A DNA stretch of 64,000 bases, from positions 1-64,000 of the IMG/VR virus record IMGVR_UViG_3300002141_000152; one strand, written 5' to 3'. Both the position numbers and the translations under genes were made by a program. The notes beneath the pieces were generated by a model. That model was not told the origin of the DNA. It ran no database searches and saw nothing but the letters and a program-made list of their open reading frames with translations. This document shows positions 48,735-58,100 of the stretch, one piece after another. Numbering within the stretch: position 1 is the stretch's first letter; each line of letters opens with the position of its first letter. Source of the DNA: a virus.

Positions 48735-49181
48735 ATGAGCGAGACAACAGCTAAAGAGACTAAATCTAATATATCCGATAAGTTTCAAAAGAGACGCACT
48801 GAAGTCTCTAAGGACATTTATACAAATATTAGTAATCTTTCAAATCTTAAAACTTTAAAAGAAGCACAAGTTAATATGTTGTCCCTAAGACAACGTTTAC
48901 TTGAGGACAGTCACGGTCTTCTTGAACATATTACTCTATTACGTAAACGGTTTAGAGATGAGAAAGCAGATGCCATGGAAACTATCTCTAAAAACATGCA
49001 ATTGCGTTACCAGGCAAACGAAAAGAATATTGTAATTGATGGTAAAACCTCAACAACTAAGGAATATCTTGAAATCTTCGAAAATCAAGTCTCATTCTAT
49101 AACGAATCTATCAAAACAATTGATAGCGTCATCTTTGGTATAAAAACTCGTCTTGACATCGAGAAAACTCTAGGACTCTAA
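48735..49181 (+). CDS. UvsY-like recombination mediator
   Basis: 148-aa helical protein, EK...IDG and I.TID...F.IK..LD.EK C-terminus; directly upstream of UvsW. Confidence 0.6.
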   Translation: MSETTAKETKSNISDKFQKRRTEVSKDIYTNISNLSNLKTLKEAQVNMLSLRQRLLEDSHGLLEHITLLRKRFRDEKADAMETISKNMQLRYQANEKNIVIDGKTSTTKEYLEIFENQVSFYNESIKTIDSVIFGIKTRLDIEKTLGL

Positions 49182-49197
49182 AAAAATCTGCCATGGA

Positions 49198-50769
49198 TTG
49201 TTACTCTTTTCTCTTACTCCAGATAAAAAATTTATTAAGCTAGTTGATTTTAGTTTAAATTCAGAGCGCAGTGACCTATTCAAATTCTTCAAACGTAAGT
49301 CTAAAAAGGCCGCATTCAATGTTTTAGTAGAGCGTGGTATCTGGGACGGACTTGACCCGTTTATCACAAAGGATGGACTTATCGCAGTCGGTCTTTGGAA
49401 AGAAATCTATAATTTTGCAAATCGATACGGCTATGATTGTCAAATCGAAGGAATTGACGAAATGATAAGTCTAGGACTTGACCGTGACAAATATATTAAG
49501 TATGTAAATCGACTATTAGATGGAGTAGTAGATGAAAAAGGACTTCCAATTGTTCCTAGAGATTATCAACTCGAAGGAGCATATCGTGCTATTAAATATA
49601 AGTTCTGTACACAGGAACTTGCAACCTCTTCTGGTAAAACTCTTATTTTCTATATCTTTAATTCATTTTTACGTGATGCCAAGAAAGTAGACGCAATACA
49701 TAAATCACTACTTATTGTTCCAAATATCTCACTAGTCGGTCAGACTGCTGAAAAATTTGAATTATATTCAGTTGGCCGAACTCCATGGAAAATCTGTACA
49801 ATCGGTGGAGATGATAGATTTAATCAAAAGGATTTCGATAATGCCGAGATAGTTATTTCAACCTATCAAAGTTTACAAAACCTAGATCCTGCAATATTTA
49901 AGAACTTTATTACAGTATGTGTCGATGAAACACATAAGAGCCGTGGCAACGTTATTCGAGAGATATTAATTAATTGTACTGAATGGAAATATCGACTAGG
50001 TCTTTCAGGAACTGTGAAAATTGAAGAGCAGTTTTCTGATTTCTTTAGGGTTCAGGAAAATGTTGGCCCACTAGTGATGATTCTTTCAGCAAAGCACTTA
50101 ATTGACCATGGATATTCTCCAAATATTGAAATTCAAATTGTCAAACTCCAATATAATAGAGCTGATGAATACCTGCAAAAGTATTGGGCATTGAAGAAAG
50201 ATGGCAGATCGATGTATAAAGATGCCAAAGACTATGGCCGAGACATGCTAGCTATTGAAAAGGGTTTTATCTTTGAAAGCAAAGAGAGACTCAATTATAT
50301 TAATGATCTCGTCAAAAGTTTCGGTAAAAACACGCTAATCCTTTTTTCTGACGTTAAAAATGGCTACGGTAAAAAGATTCAAGAAAAATTATTAGAATGG
50401 AATCCAAATACCTTCTATATTGATGGTGGAGTCGAGTCTTCAAATAGGGACATATTTAAAGATACAATGGAAGAAAAACATGATGTCGTAATAGTTGCAA
50501 GTTTTGGATGTTTTTCCACAGGGATCGACCTAAAAAATGTCCATCATCTTATTCTAGCCGAATCAACCAAAGCTGAGATAACAATTCGCCAATCTATTGG
50601 TCGAGGTATGCGTAAACTTGCTGAAAAGCTCAAAGTTACCGTCTGGGATCTAGTTGATCAGTTAGATGGATATGTTGTGAAGCATGGAGCTGATCGAGCA
50701 GCCATTTATCGAGACCAGGAATTTAAAATCGTCGAAATCAAAGTAGATTTAACAAAAAAGGCAGACTAG
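49198..50769 (+). CDS. uvsW: UvsW-like SF2 DNA helicase
   Basis: WDG, PRDYQ, ATSSGKT, VDETH, GLSGT, FSTGID, QSIGRGMR. Confidence 0.9.
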   Translation: MLLFSLTPDKKFIKLVDFSLNSERSDLFKFFKRKSKKAAFNVLVERGIWDGLDPFITKDGLIAVGLWKEIYNFANRYGYDCQIEGIDEMISLGLDRDKYIKYVNRLLDGVVDEKGLPIVPRDYQLEGAYRAIKYKFCTQELATSSGKTLIFYIFNSFLRDAKKVDAIHKSLLIVPNISLVGQTAEKFELYSVGRTPWKICTIGGDDRFNQKDFDNAEIVISTYQSLQNLDPAIFKNFITVCVDETHKSRGNVIREILINCTEWKYRLGLSGTVKIEEQFSDFFRVQENVGPLVMILSAKHLIDHGYSPNIEIQIVKLQYNRADEYLQKYWALKKDGRSMYKDAKDYGRDMLAIEKGFIFESKERLNYINDLVKSFGKNTLILFSDVKNGYGKKIQEKLLEWNPNTFYIDGGVESSNRDIFKDTMEEKHDVVIVASFGCFSTGIDLKNVHHLILAESTKAEITIRQSIGRGMRKLAEKLKVTVWDLVDQLDGYVVKHGADRAAIYRDQEFKIVEIKVDLTKKAD

Positions 50770-50781
50770 TGCTGCCTTTTT
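50754..50781. terminator. Bidirectional intrinsic terminator
   Basis: aaaaaaggcag-actagtg-ctgccttttt between convergent uvsW and phoH. Confidence 0.85.
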
Positions 50782-51549
50782 CTATTTTCCATTTAGTTTT
50801 TCAGACTCTTCAATACTATCAAAGATATCTTCAAGCTTTTTAATAATTGGGTGTCGAACAATATCCTCTCGACCCAATTTGACAATTCCTATTTCAGGAA
50901 TATTGTTAAAATGCTCTATTAGAATTTCAAGAGCACTTTTCTCTCTTTTATTAACTGACTTCTGTTTGATATCACCTAGGAAAATCATTTTTGAGTTGTT
51001 TCCTATTCGAGTGATTAGAGTTCGTAGGTTGTCTTTTGATATTTGCTGAGCTTCATCTACTATTATTATCGAGTCATCTAAGGTTACGCCTAGTGCAAAT
51101 TTAATGGGTAAAATTTCAATTATTCCTGAACTCTTCAGCTGTTCAGTTGCCGCTTTTCCAATAACCTTATGAAAGTTACTGATGAATGGGTACATGTACA
51201 TCTCCATCTTTTCTTCTAGCGTACCTTTTAGGTAACCAATCTCCTCGTCCTTTGGCACATTCACCGACTTAATTAAGACGATTTTGCGATAGGTTATCGA
51301 TTCTTCTTTAATAAATTTCAATGCTTTTGCACATGAAAGATAGGTTTTACCTGTTCCTGGAGGGCCAATTATTACTGAAATTACTTTTTCATCAATTGCT
51401 CGAAGAACTTCCTTTTGTGCATTAGATCTACACTTAATTTCAATTCTACTGGACATAATCTTTGCCGAAAGTAAATTCGTGCGCTCACTGTCCCAAACAG
51501 AAAAATCTTCATTTTCCTCTCTAGATAATTTTTTTCTGGTTTTTGCCAT
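50782..51549 (-). CDS. phoH: PhoH-family ATPase
   Basis: GPPGTGKT, IGYLKG..EEK, DEAQQ, TRIG, GD..Q, DIVRHP. Confidence 0.92.
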   Translation of the reverse strand: MAKTRKKLSREENEDFSVWDSERTNLLSAKIMSSRIEIKCRSNAQKEVLRAIDEKVISVIIGPPGTGKTYLSCAKALKFIKEESITYRKIVLIKSVNVPKDEEIGYLKGTLEEKMEMYMYPFISNFHKVIGKAATEQLKSSGIIEILPIKFALGVTLDDSIIIVDEAQQISKDNLRTLITRIGNNSKMIFLGDIKQKSVNKREKSALEILIEHFNNIPEIGIVKLGREDIVRHPIIKKLEDIFDSIEESEKLNGK

Positions 51550-51553
51550 CTTA

Positions 51554-52198
51554 TCAGTATATTTTAGCTGCGATCACTATACCAAGTATTATTTTAGCAT
51601 AGTGTAATTTAAAATTTAAAAAAGACTTCAGTATTTCTTTCTGTTTTGAGGTAAGCTGAGATTCGCGTAATTGAGTGAAACTTAATTTTTGTATTGCTAA
51701 TAAATGTGATGTAGAAAAAGTAATATTGTAGATTTCACACATGTCTTGTAGCACTTCGATAAATGGCGAATCACTAAGGTTACTTAATTCTAATAGATCG
51801 ATGAATTTTCTACTCTTTTTGATAGCGACAATTTTATCTTTTATTAGATCGCTCTGTAGACTTCCATCTAAGCATTCTCGAACTGAGTTTAATATTTTAA
51901 TTTTATGGGAAATATCTTCAATATCGAAGATGTCATCTCTATCAAATACTATCTGAATTTCAGCGTCGTTTTCAGTGTAATAAAAGGTCAGACTACACTG
52001 TGTTCCTAGGGTGCCTAACGCTTTCAGTAGCATTGGCGCTACTCCTGGTTCTGAATCGTCTTCTTCCAGCGTTATTTTATACTCAGTAAATGGAAATGAT
52101 TCCATAAATGGAAGTATATTATATAACTCTGAAGTTTTATCCAGTGAACTTTTTTCACTCATACAAAACCTGTTTTTATTATATATTTCGAAGGCCAA
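51554..52198 (-). CDS. Hypothetical protein
   Basis: ORF track; start uncertain. Confidence 0.55.
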   Translation of the reverse strand: MAFEIYNKNRFCMSEKSSLDKTSELYNILPFMESFPFTEYKITLEEDDSEPGVAPMLLKALGTLGTQCSLTFYYTENDAEIQIVFDRDDIFDIEDISHKIKILNSVRECLDGSLQSDLIKDKIVAIKKSRKFIDLLELSNLSDSPFIEVLQDMCEIYNITFSTSHLLAIQKLSFTQLRESQLTSKQKEILKSFLNFKLHYAKIILGIVIAAKIY

Positions 52199-52272
52199 AG
52201 ATTCACGTATAGATTTAGAAGAAATACTTTTATTTTTTCAAAAATATTGGTGTATTTAATATACAGGTAATA

Positions 52273-53856
52273 TTAGTAAACTAGATTCATCCCATACTTA
52301 AGATTTCCAGAATCATATATTCTAATTAGTCCTAACTCCATAAGCAGGTTATCTGTGCTCTTAGTAGGATCACATGCATATTTAGTAAGTAGTTTCTTTC
52401 TAGTGTAATTAAAACGATGTTCTCGAGTGTCTCCGTTTACATACCAAAAATTAGGAGCAGTCTTCGTTATTTCTTTAAATCCTAGAGTCTTGTATATCTT
52501 TCCAGTGGACCATCTGCGGTCAGCATATGATAATATGTATTTAGGTTTTACTGAATTAATAAAAAATTTTAATAGTTTACTTGCCCCACCGACCACACTT
52601 ATTTCTTTTTTATTACAGAATCTGTACATTTCATATTCGCCAGACTTTGCTCTTGACCCCAAGGATATCCTTAACGCTCCAAATGTCATTACTGAAACTA
52701 ATTCAGTATCAAAAAATAAACCATATCTTTTGCTTGATGGAATATTTCCTTGTATATGATTATTATCTATGAAGTTTTTGGCTACCTCTGAACTTATTTC
52801 TAGGACCACACATTTTCTAGCAAATATTCTACGCTTATTTTTATTAACCAAGTTTAATATTCTAGATAAGACTATTTCTCTTCGGTAAATCCATTCATCT
52901 TCAAATATGTGAATCAACTGAATTCCTAAAGATTCACATGAATTTGTCTTATCTACATGATATTTAGGCTCTTTAAAATTGATAGAGTGCCAATAAAGTC
53001 CATCTAATTCTATTGCTATATTATGTTCAGGTAAATAAAAATCTAATTCAAACGGGCAAAGAACTGTCCTGTCTCGTTCAACAAAAGATATATTATTTGT
53101 CATTAAGAAGTCAGATAGTTCAGTTTGCCATTTAGTAGAATTAAAACTTCCTATTGGATTACATACTGTGCATAATTCGATATTGTGCATATTACGCAGA
53201 TATGCCTGCCACTTGGTTATTTGAAACGTGTGACCACACTTATCTTTTTTAAATGTGCATATTCCAAATTTTTCATATGAATATTCAATAACCTGTAGAT
53301 CTACATATTTTTCTTCAAATGCAGCTTTATTATTTGCCTTCTTTGTTACATCCGCACTTCCTCCATTAGATAATGCCCAGCGCCTACCGGTTTTCTTTAA
53401 TGATCGCGCAATCATCTCATTTTTAATCTTACTTGAGTGCATAGGATTGTCTACTCCGTGCCTTACTAAATTCGTCGCTCTTATCTTCTTAATTATTTCA
53501 GTAGATTGATATGGATTTTCTACTCCATACTTATCTAATGATGCTTGTATTTTTTTATTTTTTACAACAGAATCGCTATTTGAGCATTTTGATGAACAGT
53601 ATGCGCTAAATCCAGTGAGTAGCCCTAAGAAAGTCTTCTTATTGTAACATTTTTCTTTCTTACATGTTACCGTGCCAGTTACATTATTTAGATAATACCA
53701 GACCTTTTCTACAAATCTATTTGTAGAAATATTATTATCTTCAATAAATTTGTTTATCTCAGCATACTTATCTGGTAGATGAGATTCCATCCACGAGCCT
53801 CTCAGTTTCATTGAATTTACTCTTCCGTATTCATTTAAGAAATCACTAAGTATCAT
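52273..53856 (-). mobile_element. Homing-endonuclease-like protein (Vsr/PD-(D/E)XK domain) with C-terminal GNAT/Mom-like domain
   Basis: KYGVENP repeats; ELDFYLPE.NIAIE.DGLYWHS; C-terminal NHIQG, E..RFC, GGASKL, SYADRRWS.G.IY..LGF. Confidence 0.72.
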
Positions 53857-53938
53857 AATCTTTTTCTTTTATTTATATATTACTACGCACCTTACTTTTA
53901 GTTTAAACTTATGTCAAATATTTAGTATGATATTACAT

Positions 53939-55369
53939 ATGGAAGATACGACACGCCAAATTAAAAAACTTGATCTTAAGCAAAATGCAATAAAGATCTT
54001 AATCAACAGTATATATGGTGCATTTGGAAATAAGTGGTTCTACTTTTATAATCCGGATATTGCTCAGTCAATTACTCTTCAAGGCCAAGACCTAATTAAA
54101 TTTTCAATTAAGGCAGTAAATCACTATTTTCAAGAAAAGTGGCACTTAGATACTGAATTGCACAAGACTTTAGGTATTGATCAATATGTTATTCACCAGG
54201 TCACAGAAGAGTCTGCAATCTACACAGATACTGACTCAATATATGTTCAATTTGATTCTGCGCTTAGTTCAATAGAGGGCATCACGTTAACTCGAGATGA
54301 ATCATTGAAATTATGTGTCGCAATTGACCATCATCGACTTTCTAACTATTTTGATGTGTGTTTTGAAAAATATGGTCGAGTATTTAATACCAAGAATCGT
54401 CTTAAGTTCAAGCTTGAAAATCTATCTGAGTATGGTATTTGGTTGAAGAAGAAAAACTATGCAATTAAAGTAGCATACGACCCAAATCCAGCAATGGAAC
54501 TAATGACTCATGAAAAGAGATACTTAGTCATAAAGGGATTAGATTCAATTAAAGGTTCATATCCAATCTGGGCAAGAAAAAAACTTGTTGCTCTTACTGA
54601 ATATGTCATGGAGATAGGAAAGACTCTAGATCTTGAACGCGATATTCTTCCTAAACTAAAGAAATTAAAAGAAGAATTTAATGGTCTATCAATAGATGAG
54701 GTTGCTCTAAACTTTAAAATTACAGTATTTGATAAGTATATTGATAATATTGAAACCTGTTCTTTAAGAAAAGGAATATCGATATTTGCAAGATCTGCTG
54801 CATATTATAATCATCTTCTTATTAAGACTGGTTTAAATGTAAAGTATGCTCCGCTCAGAGAAAAGGACAAGATCAAATTTTATCACTGTGCACCAAATGA
54901 ACATAATTTTGATATATTTGCCTACTCTCCTGCAAGTTTTCCAGCAGAGCTTGCCGTACCGATCGACATGAACCATCAGTTCTTTATGTTAATTATTGAA
55001 CCTGTAAATAAGTTACTTGCTGCCATGAAAGTTGGTGCAATAGACATACATCTAAAACGTAGTATCGATGTAATAACCGTAAAGAGTAAAAAACCATTAA
55101 CTGACGATCAGATATATCCTCTTTATGTAGTTGACCAGGAGTCACTAGCATCAGTAGAAGTTCCAGAAAAGTTTTGGAAGATTATTGGTAACCCTGATGC
55201 AGATATTCCAGAAAGCGATTTTGCTGAGTACTTATCGTTAATAACTACCTATGGTCTAAATTCAATAATAGTTCCAAAGTTTGAACTTGAAAAATATCTC
55301 AAGCGTATAACTAAAAAGAAAGCAGTTTCTCTTAGTAAACTCGAAGAGGCTGACGAAACCGAAGATTAA
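53939..55369 (+). CDS. Family B DNA polymerase, C-terminal half only (split gp43-like; probable start 53939)
   Basis: Begins just before KILINSIYG (region III); YTDTDS, KKNYA, KGL; no exonuclease domain or region II. Confidence 0.88.
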   Translation: MEDTTRQIKKLDLKQNAIKILINSIYGAFGNKWFYFYNPDIAQSITLQGQDLIKFSIKAVNHYFQEKWHLDTELHKTLGIDQYVIHQVTEESAIYTDTDSIYVQFDSALSSIEGITLTRDESLKLCVAIDHHRLSNYFDVCFEKYGRVFNTKNRLKFKLENLSEYGIWLKKKNYAIKVAYDPNPAMELMTHEKRYLVIKGLDSIKGSYPIWARKKLVALTEYVMEIGKTLDLERDILPKLKKLKEEFNGLSIDEVALNFKITVFDKYIDNIETCSLRKGISIFARSAAYYNHLLIKTGLNVKYAPLREKDKIKFYHCAPNEHNFDIFAYSPASFPAELAVPIDMNHQFFMLIIEPVNKLLAAMKVGAIDIHLKRSIDVITVKSKKPLTDDQIYPLYVVDQESLASVEVPEKFWKIIGNPDADIPESDFAEYLSLITTYGLNSIIVPKFELEKYLKRITKKKAVSLSKLEEADETED

Positions 55370-56511
55370 TGTTTAACTTGGAAACGGCATATTCGGTAAC
55401 TGACTTCTGCCAAGACGTTCTTAAAAAACGTTTTCCTGGAGACGTGATTCGCCAGCAGATAAATGACACCGACTCTGATAAGCTTAATTTTGCGTGTCCC
55501 TATTGCGGTGACTCAGAACGTGACCCAAATAAAAAACGTGGAAATCTATACCTGTCTACCCAAACATATAAATGCTTCAATGATGGCTGCGCAGTTTGGA
55601 TTAAACTTGAAAAATTTATATCTAATTTTGCACAAAAATATCAACTTGGTGTTCCTGGAGTAAGCACCAAACGACTTGAATATAAACCGGTTACTTCAAC
55701 AAAGAAGCGAGGATTTTTAATTGAATTTCTAATTAATCGAGAAGTTGGTCAAAAACTGCTAGTCTTCAATGACTTAATTCGTCGATTTGCACTTAGTCCA
55801 TGTTCAGGAGCTGATCCTGGAAGTCCAATTGGATTATTTGTTGACAAACGAAAGATTAATCACCTTCCAGTATTTGAACAGAGTTGCTATTATGATTCAC
55901 GAGAAGATAAAATTTATCTTTTTAATCTTGACCTTAAGTCAGGTAGGGTACTTGGCTTTGCCATTCGATACATTGATGATAACTATCCTGGACCAAAATA
56001 TAATATCAAAAATTACACTGATTTTAAGAAGACTGGTCTGCTTAGTGATTTAGAAGACGAGTTCATAACTGAAGTCAATTCAATAAATAACTATTTTAAT
56101 ATCCTAAATATTAATTTCACTCAAATAATTACAATCACTGAGGGACAAATTGATGCAATGTTTGTTCGAAACTGCTTAGCAACAACTGGCGTAACCAAAA
56201 GCAAACAATTGTTGGCCAGCCTAGTAACTAAGAAGAACTCACGAATCTTATTTGATAATGATAAAGCCGGAAAGGAACAAAGTCTTGAATTATTAATGAA
56301 AGGATATACTGTATTCTTATGGTGTAAAATAACGCATGACTTGCGTAAAACATACCCGACCGCTGCTAAAATTATTCGCGATGAGCTCAAAGATATTAAT
56401 GACCTATATCGATTCTTACTTATTCGCGATTCTGCGCTCACATTTGACTCGTTTAATGACTTTCTGGATAAATACTTTTCAAATTCTGCATTCGATCTAA
56501 TGCTTGTTTAA
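55369..56511 (+). CDS. DNA primase (T4 gp61-like)
   Basis: CPYCGDS...KRG, YKCFN.GC zinc finger; TEGQIDAMF and FDND.AG TOPRIM. Confidence 0.88.
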   Translation: MFNLETAYSVTDFCQDVLKKRFPGDVIRQQINDTDSDKLNFACPYCGDSERDPNKKRGNLYLSTQTYKCFNDGCAVWIKLEKFISNFAQKYQLGVPGVSTKRLEYKPVTSTKKRGFLIEFLINREVGQKLLVFNDLIRRFALSPCSGADPGSPIGLFVDKRKINHLPVFEQSCYYDSREDKIYLFNLDLKSGRVLGFAIRYIDDNYPGPKYNIKNYTDFKKTGLLSDLEDEFITEVNSINNYFNILNINFTQIITITEGQIDAMFVRNCLATTGVTKSKQLLASLVTKKNSRILFDNDKAGKEQSLELLMKGYTVFLWCKITHDLRKTYPTAAKIIRDELKDINDLYRFLLIRDSALTFDSFNDFLDKYFSNSAFDLMLV

Positions 56512-56537
56512 TAAATAATAAAAATATTAGACAAATC

Positions 56538-56870
56538 ATGAAAAGAATCATGTCACTTAACGAATTTTCAAATTGCAATACAAGTGGCGCGAATCCAGCG
56601 GATGATTCAGTACTTGATGAATTAAATCTTGATGAAACTATGCTTGATGCGTTAGTTGAACTTGTTGGTTCTGAAGAAGAAGTTGCAGAAGCTGCAGAAG
56701 CATCATTTAATGACTTAACCAATTCTTTTGAAAAGAATGAGCTTGAAATGACAGAAGAAGATGTTCCTGAAAAACTTGCAATCGCCGCACTAATCGTTAA
56801 ATTAGTTGAACTTGGTAAAATTGGTCCAGAAGAAGCAGATCAGTTTATTTCAGATCACTTAGAAGATTAA
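56538..56870 (+). CDS. Small acidic hypothetical protein, possible internal head protein
   Basis: MKRIMSLNEF N-terminus; late motif at 56511-56521; own terminator. Confidence 0.65.
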   Translation: MKRIMSLNEFSNCNTSGANPADDSVLDELNLDETMLDALVELVGSEEEVAEAAEASFNDLTNSFEKNELEMTEEDVPEKLAIAALIVKLVELGKIGPEEADQFISDHLED

Positions 56871-56903
56871 GTGTTATTTTCTCTTGCCACTGGGTATAGA
56901 GCC

Positions 56904-56930
56904 AAAAGGAGCCAACTCAGCTCCTTTTTT
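56904..56930 (+). terminator. Intrinsic terminator
   Basis: aaaaggagc-caactca-gctcctttttt. Confidence 0.8.
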
Positions 56931-56945
56931 AATATATAATAATAT

Positions 56946-57449
56946 ATGGCAAAAACGGAAAGAGACATACACGACTTTTTAAAACCTCAGAATGGTCGAG
57001 TCAAGCAAGGGTATTTTACTCCGCGCAACCCACACAAATATAGAGGAGATCTCAGTAAAATAATATATCGTTCAAGTTGGGAACTTAAATTCTTAAGCTA
57101 TTGTGATCAGAACGACGCAGTAATTGAATATGCATCAGAACCAGTAGGCATAAAATATGCGAATCCAATTCTAAAGAAGGAAAGTACTTACTGGATTGAC
57201 TGCTATATGAAAACTAAGAATCATGACGGGTCTTTTACTAAGTGGTTAATAGAAGTCAAACCAAACAAGTATTTGACTCCACCGGAACCCCCAAAGCGAC
57301 TTACTGAGAAACAGACACTAAACTATGCTCGTCATGCAAAAGCATATATTATCAATAATGCAAAGTTCGCAGCTGCTAGACTCTATGCAGGTAAAAACGC
57401 AATGCGCTTCGGGATAATAACCGAAAACTTTTTATTCAATAAGGTGTAA
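56946..57449 (+). CDS. Head completion nuclease (T4 gp4-like, TnsA-type)
   Basis: G.F.P.NP.KY.GD...IIYRSSWE..F..YCD, SEP, IEVKP, N.AK..AA, IITE. Confidence 0.88.
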   Translation: MAKTERDIHDFLKPQNGRVKQGYFTPRNPHKYRGDLSKIIYRSSWELKFLSYCDQNDAVIEYASEPVGIKYANPILKKESTYWIDCYMKTKNHDGSFTKWLIEVKPNKYLTPPEPPKRLTEKQTLNYARHAKAYIINNAKFAAARLYAGKNAMRFGIITENFLFNKV

Positions 57450-57469
57450 AATATCTAAAGTTTAGCAGT

Positions 57470-58087
57470 TTGAAGAAATTTGAAGAAATAGAGAAAAATA
57501 ATGGTCAATTTGATCTAACTCAAGTTGCAGAAACTTTTGGAGTCATTCAGCGTCGTAACCAATTTATACCTGGTAGATTTTATTCTCTTAATATTGTCAG
57601 TAATGTTCCTAACTTAACAGAAGAAATAGTTCCTCAGCTTTCTAGCGGCAAACCATACTATGATTTACGTCCATGTGGATTAGTTCTATTCCATGATAAT
57701 TGGAAAGAAACTACGCTTATTCTTAATTTAAGAACAATGCCAATTCCAGTTAGTGCAAAACTGTTAGAGGCATACTATGAATTTTCTGCAAAGAACGGAT
57801 TTCAGAACTTGTATCGAGATGGTAAACTTATGCCATTGACTGACCGACAATTAATAGATCAGCGCTTCTATTTAGTGAACACGACTATTCTGAGCCAGAC
57901 TATTGGTTTTTCTAACTTAAACTATTCAATAAATAAATATAATATAGATGATATCGCAGAAGCTCGATTAATAGATTGGGATAATTTTGGAATGATGGTT
58001 CGACCTAGGTTTTCCCAGGTCGGGCTTTTCCCAGATAACCTTAGCATGGAACGAGTTTTCGAAGAGTTTATAGCAAATTCAATATAA
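57470..58087 (+). CDS. DNA end protector-like protein (T4 gp2-like)
   Basis: PGRFY, PYYD..P, LNL..MP pattern; adjacent to gp4-like gene. Confidence 0.55.
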   Translation: MKKFEEIEKNNGQFDLTQVAETFGVIQRRNQFIPGRFYSLNIVSNVPNLTEEIVPQLSSGKPYYDLRPCGLVLFHDNWKETTLILNLRTMPIPVSAKLLEAYYEFSAKNGFQNLYRDGKLMPLTDRQLIDQRFYLVNTTILSQTIGFSNLNYSINKYNIDDIAEARLIDWDNFGMMVRPRFSQVGLFPDNLSMERVFEEFIANSI

Positions 58088-58100
58088 TAATTAATAACAT

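Noticed and set aside
50782-51549. phoH as a novel auxiliary gene
   Set aside because: Very common in large phages
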